Part shown: positions 57,513 through 64,000 of the stretch, piece after piece
Numbering within the stretch: the stretch's first letter is position 1
How the letters are laid out: every line of letters begins with the position of its first letter
Assembly: GCA_964016885.1 (NCBI GenBank)
Contig: OZ024740.1
Location: 258,912,001-258,976,000, forward strand
Direction: 5' to 3'
DNA length: 64,000 bases
Source of the DNA: Eledone cirrhosa
Taxonomy: Eukaryota
Notes under the pieces: model-generated
Seen by the model: the letters and a program-made list of their open reading frames with translations, nothing else
Told to the model about the DNA's origin: nothing
The model's database searches: none
Program-made: the position numbers and the translations under genes

Positions 57513-57919
57513 GAGATAGATAGATAGATAGGTAGATAGGTAGGTAGATAGGTAGATAGATAGATATTTCATATCTCCCCTTAATCTTTTGCTCTTTCCT
57601 CCATTCTTTAATTTCAGAAGAAGGATGTTGTTAAGAACGTTATTATTCACTCTTTTCACCTCTCTGGGTGTCAAACAAATAACATTCATTTTCATCTCAT
57701 CCTATCATGTTATGTTTTTCTTTTTTCGTTCACTATGTATGTGTGCGTGTGTGTTTTCTATACTTCATTTAATTCATATTACTCTCCTACATAGCAATAT
57801 ATATTTTAACACTATATACTCTATCTACATTTTTTCACAAAATTTAGCTAACTCCAACCAGTCCAAATTTATTCCAACGTACTTCATTTATTTGCAATCT
57901 CATCAAAGTTAGACCATAA

Positions 57920-58200
57920 ATATCAAGTTCAAGACATTATATATGAAGCAACATTAGATACTAACAACTTGCCTTAATGTAATTTCCAACCCGTTAAAAT
58001 TTAAATAATATTAACCCATTCACAGTTTCTACAACCAGAACAGAAGAAATGTTATGACGCTAGCAAAATTATATTTGGAATTTAAAAAGAAACAACATCA
58101 ACTGTAATTTTAAATGGACGTTTCTCCTTTAAGCTGCTAAATACTATTCTGGAAATAAAACAACCTCAGCAAAACGTAACGTGTGTTTGATGATGGAGGG
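57920..58200 (+). mobile_element. Decayed PLE GIY-YIG fragment
   Basis: QDIIYEATL, N.MTLA..YIWNLK...FKW and RNVCL (CNLCL-like) in the same order as at 26300-26750. Confidence 0.6.
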
Positions 58201-59118
58201 GTCGACTTAACACATAATTTTGAACTAAAAATATTAAAATCGACTTATATGCTAGATCGACATATAAACCACTGTGTATGTTAGTTATCCTATTAAGCAT
58301 TGTTTTTTTAATTATGATATTCTTTCTCTTGGGCCATACAATTCCATAGTTTATACGATATCGATTTTTCTCACCATATTATCTCCCCTTATAATTTAAT
58401 ACATTTGCAAATAATTAAAAATTGAGGGGGATTTAGTTATAGAACTAAATTTCTCGTTTACTCGGTATTAAGCTGATCTTTGCAATATTGTTGTTGTTTG
58501 TTCTATTTTTTGACAAAGGTTCTTAAAGTCGTGATAAAAGTTTTTGAAATAAATATCAGCACTTTCACTTTCAATACCATATTTCTAATGAAAGATACAG
58601 CATATGACATTCAATTTTGAGAATAATCAAGAATTTGAAAGGATTTAGAAATATAACTACTCATTATTCATTTGGTGTTTGGAACATAAAGGTTCCGGGG
58701 AATTATTTTTGATGATATTTAGACAAATATACATCATTCAAAACAGTCTTGCGTCTGGGAACCAGGGAGGCTTACAGGTGGTTTAAACGTGTAAAACTAT
58801 AATTCCATTTCTTTCGATATATTGCAGACTTCCTAGTTCTTTGATATACGCAAATGATTCTCAGAACTTCTATATATTCGAACATTCTTGATTTCATTAG
58901 TCATTGAGCAAATAATTCAAAGAATGTGCCATATATATATACATAGAATATAGAAATGGCTTCTACAGGACTAGAACTGATTCAATTGAAAGAAAGTATC
59001 AGAGACTCATACGCACGCACACACACACACACACGTATATTGATTAAAGAAATTAAAGAAATTATTTAGCCTGATAGTGGGGTTAAGAACCCTCAAAGAA
59101 ATGGAAAAAGATGAGTAT

Positions 59119-59191
59119 TGACGTACATGGGAGTCGAACCCACATCTTTAGTTATCCGGACCACTGTACTACCATTTACACCAACACATCA
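59119..59191 (-). pseudogene. tRNA-like cloverleaf with a non-canonical anticodon loop (not a credible functional tRNA)
   Basis: GATGTGT/GTACGTC acceptor stem, GTGT/GTAC D stem with a TGGT loop, GTGGG-TTCGACT-CCCAT T arm. Anticodon loop CCGGATA lacks U33 and R37. Confidence 0.7.
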
Positions 59192-59439
59192 TCCGCCTTT
59201 TTCCATTCAAATTAGAAGCTATAAATTTAGCGACTGTAATGTCAAGTAAGAATATTTTCGAAACAGCGAGTGGGTTCTTAACCCGACTATCAGGCTAAAT
59301 AATTTCTTTAATTTCTTTAGTCAAAATACGGCGACAGTTTACATTTCTAATAATTTCAAACCCACTCGCTGTTCCGAAAATATTCTTACTTGACACACAT
59401 ATATATATATGTACATATATATGTAGGTATATATATAGA

Positions 59440-59530
<91 letters not shown>

Positions 59531-59618
59531 TTTTTTTAATATTATTCTTATACATATATATATATATACATGTGTGTGTGCATATTTACATGTATACACA
59601 CACATATACCCACACATT

Positions 59619-59684
<66 letters not shown>

Positions 59685-60602
59685 CAATAAGGTGGTAAGA
59701 TCACCATCAGCAGAGATGATTTATCACAAGTTGCCATCATAATAAACCAATTATCTTTAGTAATCTTGTAACCTGTGCAGTATTAGTGTGCATCAGAGTG
59801 CAGTATGTGTGTGCATCAAAGTGCAGTATATGTAATGTTGTCTACTGATAGGCACCTATCTCTCAGGTGGGCTTCACTGCCTAATCTATATAGATAGGTT
59901 TATTAAATTTACTGCATACTTATATATATTCATATTTACATACATACGCATACACACACATATATATATATACATATATATACATATACATATATATATA
60001 CATACATATCTATATAGACATGCACACACACACGCATATATATATACACACATACTCATACATAATATATATATACTGGTATATGTATAAATACACACAC
60101 ACACACACACACGCCATCACACACATAGCAATAATATATGAATATATATGTGTATATATATAATTATCCACAGAAATATATATAATTGTATATAATGTGT
60201 TTAATTATATATATATATATATATATATGCATACATATATATATATACATATATATATATATACACATCTATTAAGTAATTCAGGAATATTTATTCATAA
60301 AATAAAAAAAATATATGTATCTCTTTGTAGAAATTTATATACATAACTATATTTGTTTATGTATGTAAATATATAAATGTTCTGTGTGTATATGTATGTA
60401 AATATATAGATATGTGTATTTGTTTATATGCCTCCAGGGAAGGAGGAAATATTTCATACGTTTATCTCCAGATATCTAAAGTATATATATATTCACCTCT
60501 TAACATAACGACATTAAAATTTAATCGCTCATATAACATTATAAATTCATCAACATAAATGTACTATATAAATACTTATATATGTGTGTTTGTGTGTGTG
60601 TT

Positions 60603-60633
<31 letters not shown>

Positions 60634-60905
60634 CTGTGTGTGTGTGTGTACGTGTATGTGTGTATGTGGATGTGACTGTCTATATAGTTCTGTTCAACTT
60701 CCATCGGTGCCAACGAAGATTGTTCCAGTTGTTTACACCACGGAACCACCAGATAGTGAAATTCACATGCATGTGGTTGGATATTCCATGGACTTCAGAC
60801 ATATGCATCTTAAGTGTAGCTCTCAAAAGCATTTACACACACGGTGTGCCACGGCTGGCGCTTTGAAATACAAGTAGAACTTATTTTTACTAGCTTAGTG
60901 AACTG

Positions 60906-61060
60906 GAGGCGGCGAATTGGCAGAAATGTTAGAACGTCGGATAGAATGCTTTGCAGTATTCGTTTCGGCTCTTTCTAAGCCTTCTAAATTCAAATATCGC
61001 TGAGGTCAACTTTGCATCCAGTCGAGGTCAACTAATACGTACCAGTCTATTACTGGGATC
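60906..61060 (+). mobile_element. Family A-related SINE
   Basis: ggcggcgaattggcagaaatgttagaacgtcgg...ttcaaat...gaggtcaactttgc...taccagt. Confidence 0.75.
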
Positions 61061-61336
61061 GATTCTTCCTCTATATATCTTTCTCACTTCCACTCTTTCA
61101 CTCTATCCTTCTCTGGTGGAAATCTGCTGTATTCAGATGTGGAGACGATTAGGCTCCGCCAGGTTTTAAAATGGCCTAGAAACGCTGTATGTCAATACGG
61201 TGCCCTACCATTCTCTAAGGAGTTACGGGAAAATGCATGCACATGTCACAAACTTCTATAGGGAATGGCAGTCATGACATCAAGATTGTGTGCCGAACAT
61301 CCTAACTACTAAGGCACATATATATATATATATATA

Positions 61337-61517
61337 TAATGTATAAAAATCAATACAATATAATTACCTCATTACCAGAGGTTTCTCAAATGAGGCGAAT
61401 ACGAAAGAAACGTCTTCATTCGTCTGACGAACGAATGAAGACGTTTCTTTCGTATTCGCCTCATTCGGGAAACCTCTGGTAATGAGGTAATTATATTGTA
61501 TTGATTTTTATACATTA
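61337..61517. repeat. Fold-back inverted repeat (87-bp arms, 2 mismatches) whose 7-nt loop is CTGACGA
   Basis: 61337-61423 is the reverse complement of 61431-61517. Confidence 0.97.
61424..61487 (+). ncRNA. Type I hammerhead motif with extended helix II (helix I disturbed by the inversion)
   Basis: CUGACGA-A-CGAAUGAAG...CCUCAUUCG-G-GAAAC-C-UCU-G-GUA^AUGAGG. Confidence 0.62.
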
Positions 61518-61591
61518 AATTTTGCTCTGATACTTACATAGAGCACTCTTCACTTCTATGACCTTTTCTGTTTTCAACGGAAATTTCAATA

Positions 61592-61636
<45 letters not shown>

Positions 61637-61681
61637 CGTAAAATAAGAAAATTATAAAATTAACTTACTTACTAAAAAATC

Positions 61682-61764
61682 ACTTCCAAATAATTAGTTT
61701 CTGGAATGGAGTAAATATATTTTCCGAAGAAACACATCGAAAATCATTCCGTCATCGGGAAAGT
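61682..61764 (-). ncRNA. Decayed type I hammerhead with extended helix II
   Basis: ACUUUC-CCGAUGA-C-GGAAUG...CAUUCC-A-GAAAC-UAAUUA-UUU-GGAAGU. Helices I and II pair; U4 and G16.2 are mutated. Confidence 0.5.
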
Positions 61765-62057
61765 CTTTTTCCGTATAGGTCTCCAGGCATAGCGAGGACA
61801 CTGGAAACTTATTAAAAAAATAATTCAGTGGAATGGAAATAGCAAAGCGTGGACTGGATTCCAAGCCATTGAGAAAATCACTGCCTCCTCGTCTGTGGCA
61901 AATTCAAAAAGAATCAATCACGTGACATCGAGGTCAATCAGTGGAAAGCGAGTGGTTATTAAGACAGCGGCCAGCTTACTACCATAGTAGCAGTCATGGC
62001 CAAATATTGCTCGACAAATGAATTGGAGATAATTATAAGGAATACTAGATATAAATT

Positions 62058-62115
<58 letters not shown>

Positions 62116-62131
62116 GTAATGTTTTGCTTCT

Positions 62132-62191
<60 letters not shown>

Positions 62192-62230
62192 AGAAGCAAA
62201 AAATTGCTTATTGTGATCCAGTTCTTATAT

Positions 62231-62276
<46 letters not shown>

Positions 62277-62340
62277 TTTATCTCGGGTTCAATCGGGGGT
62301 AAGCACAGTCAGTAAGGTACTCAATACAAAGCAGAGTATA

Positions 62341-62457
62341 AATATAGAAAATCTTCTACAGGACTAGAACTGTTTCATTCGTGAAAATCATCAGGAAGCT
62401 TGCTGGTGATTTCTCACGAATGAAACAGTTCTAGTCCTGTAGAAGCTCTTCTATATT
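62341..62457. repeat. Fold-back inverted repeat (~54-bp arms) with a hammerhead core on each arm
   Basis: Minus arm reads CUGAUGA-UUUUCACGAAU-GAAAC-AGUUCUA-GUC; plus arm reads CUGGUGA-U-UUC-UCAC-GAA-U-GAAAC. A related, more decayed copy lies at ~58945-59005. Confidence 0.85.
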
Positions 62458-62459
62458 AA

Positions 62460-62514
<55 letters not shown>

Positions 62515-62516
<2 letters not shown>

Positions 62517-62650
62517 GGCGTGTGGCTGAGTGGTTAAAGAACTGGATTCGCAATCGTGAGGTTGTGAGTTCGATTCCTGGAAGGGGCGATGCGTTATTTC
62601 ACAGCAAGACACTTTATTTCACGTTGCTCCTTCTACCTGGAGTTGCGACC
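62515..62650 (+). mobile_element. Family B SINE 5' part
   Basis: A box tggctgagtgg, B box gagttcgattcc, then agcaagacactttatttcacgttgctcc. Confidence 0.8.
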
Positions 62651-62897
62651 GATAGATAGATAGTATTAGCAATTGGAAAGACCAGTGGAAACACTGTTTC
62701 CTCGGTCCGATTTGACGAAAGTCGATCGTTAGGAATATATATATATATATATATATATATAAAGAGAGAGAGAGCGCGTGACAGAGAGAGAGAGAGAGAG
62801 AGAGATAGATAGTTCGCGGTGCTGAGACCGGGAAGACCATTAATTATGGAAGAACTCAATGCATGGGAAGATGCATATATATATATATATATATATA

Positions 62898-63165
62898 GTT
62901 GTGTATAATGGTAGCTATGGTGCTTCCATAGGCGGTATATCAAATTTACCACTCGATATTCAGCAGAATAGAGTGTAGATAGTATAAAGAAAACGAAAAA
63001 TGTGATAAAATTTGGTCCGAACGAACTACCCGTGTCTGAAGGAACCTGCAGCCGTAGAATCATCCAGATCCATACAGGGACCATGTCTCGAGCTACCTGG
63101 CGGCGAAACAATTGAAACACGCAATAAATTAAGTCCAGATGCATCACTGATATTTCGTTTTCTTT
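62898..63165 (+). mobile_element. Small (TA)n-flanked repeat element carrying a decayed hammerhead
   Basis: The first ~70 bp match 1617-1686. Internal CGUGU-CUGAAGG...GAAAC-AAUU-GAA-ACACG at 63031-63121. Confidence 0.55.
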
Positions 63166-63166
63166 A

Positions 63167-63214
<48 letters not shown>

Positions 63215-63263
63215 TAATAAAAATAATGAATAAACAAAGAAACAGTTCCTTATATTAAAAAAT

Positions 63264-63401
63264 TCATCATTTTACGATCGTTTCTAGGATATATATGTTA
63301 GTGTTGGTATGCATATCATATAGATCTATGTAAAATATTTACAAACTATCAGAAGGAATATACATACCTACACATATATATGCTGTCTTCAGAAATAATG
63401 A
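63264..63401 (-). ncRNA. Type I hammerhead ribozyme with ~100-nt helix II insert
   Basis: UCAUUAUUU-CUGAAGA-[101 nt hairpin]-GAAAC-GAUC-GUA^AAAUGAUGA. 9-bp helix I, palindromic ACGAUCGU. Confidence 0.72.
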
Positions 63402-63793
63402 TATTTGTTTATTGAAAAAAGCCAACAAAGCTTTAATACAATAGGTCTCTTTGGGAACAGGTTTTGAATTGACCAATAGAAAGATAGTGAAGGTGAAGAT
63501 GGTAAAATAGTAGTAATATAGCCTTAATTTAGGGGTAGAGGAAGGTAGATTTCAATTTTGGATGGAAAGAATATTATGAATGAAAGATTATTTTAGGGAT
63601 GAAAATAGGTGATATGCTGTCTTCCGAAATAATTATATTTATTCATTGAATAAAACCAACAAAGATTTAATATAATAGGTCTGTTTGGGAACAGGTTTTG
63701 AATTGACCAGTAGAAAGGTAATAACTGGCCAAATGGTATAATAGTAGTAATGGAACTTTAATTTAGGGGTTGGTTTTTTTCAATAAACAAATA

Positions 63794-63931
63794 TCATTAT
63801 TTCTGAAGACAGCATATATATGTGTAGGTATGTATATTCCTTCTGATAGTTTGTAAATATTTTACATAGATCTATAGGATATGCATACCAACACTAACAT
63901 ATATATCCTAGAAATGATCGTAAAATGATGA
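63794..63931 (+). ncRNA. Mirror copy of the long-helix-II hammerhead
   Basis: Same fold, with GAAAU-GAUC-GUA (U.G wobble at 15.2/16.2). Confidence 0.68.
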
Positions 63932-64000
63932 ATTTTTTAATATAAGGAACTGTTTCTTTGTTTATTCATTATTTTTATTAATTTATCTTGACTCTGTTTT

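Larger units (their letters stand above)
63209..63986. repeat. Long inverted repeat (~218-bp arms) enclosing a diverged 234-bp-period tandem
   Basis: 63209-63426 is the reverse complement of 63769-63986. 63378-63536 resembles 63612-63770. Confidence 0.95.

Noticed and set aside
60680-60877. Possible host exon, with a weak 50-bp similarity to 23938-23990
   Set aside because: No recognisable domain or supported splice pair. Part of the match at 23975-23990 falls in a SINE tail.
62515-62590. tRNA gene
   Set aside because: A and B boxes are present, but there is no acceptor stem and the sequence runs into a SINE body.
62681-62736. Minus-strand CTAACGA...GAAAC-AGT-GTT hammerhead-like string
   Set aside because: G5 is mutated and no helix I can form.

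Overview
Eukaryotic, very AT-rich, repeat-saturated DNA. The microsatellite spectrum and tRNA-derived SINE families resemble those I associate with octopus/cephalopod genomes; this is an inference, not a database result. I cannot support any intact host protein-coding gene. Nearly all listed ORFs are microsatellite translations or broken retroelement frames. Autonomous-element remnants include an RTE-clade LINE, several Tx1/L1-clade LINEs (one near full length, ~5.5 kb) in (GATA)n tracts, several R4/Dong-clade RLE LINEs stacked in (TACA)n tracts, an RNase H-bearing I-group/Ingi-like LINE fragment and four Penelope-like element (PLE) remnants. There is also a non-autonomous Helitron and many SINEs. 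The most notable signal is non-coding. About ten small islands, mostly between (TA)n or (CA)n arrays and mostly unrelated in sequence, each carry a type I hammerhead ribozyme motif. Several lie in fold-back (inverted) or partial-tandem arrangements. Two carry the compensatory U3-A8 core variant, most have a non-Watson-Crick pair closing helix II, and some have very long helix II inserts. This points to a diverse population of small ribozyme retroelements (retrozyme/PLE-type). A tRNA-like cloverleaf embedded in interlocking inverted repeats is also unexplained. Folds were read by eye and element boundaries are approximate.
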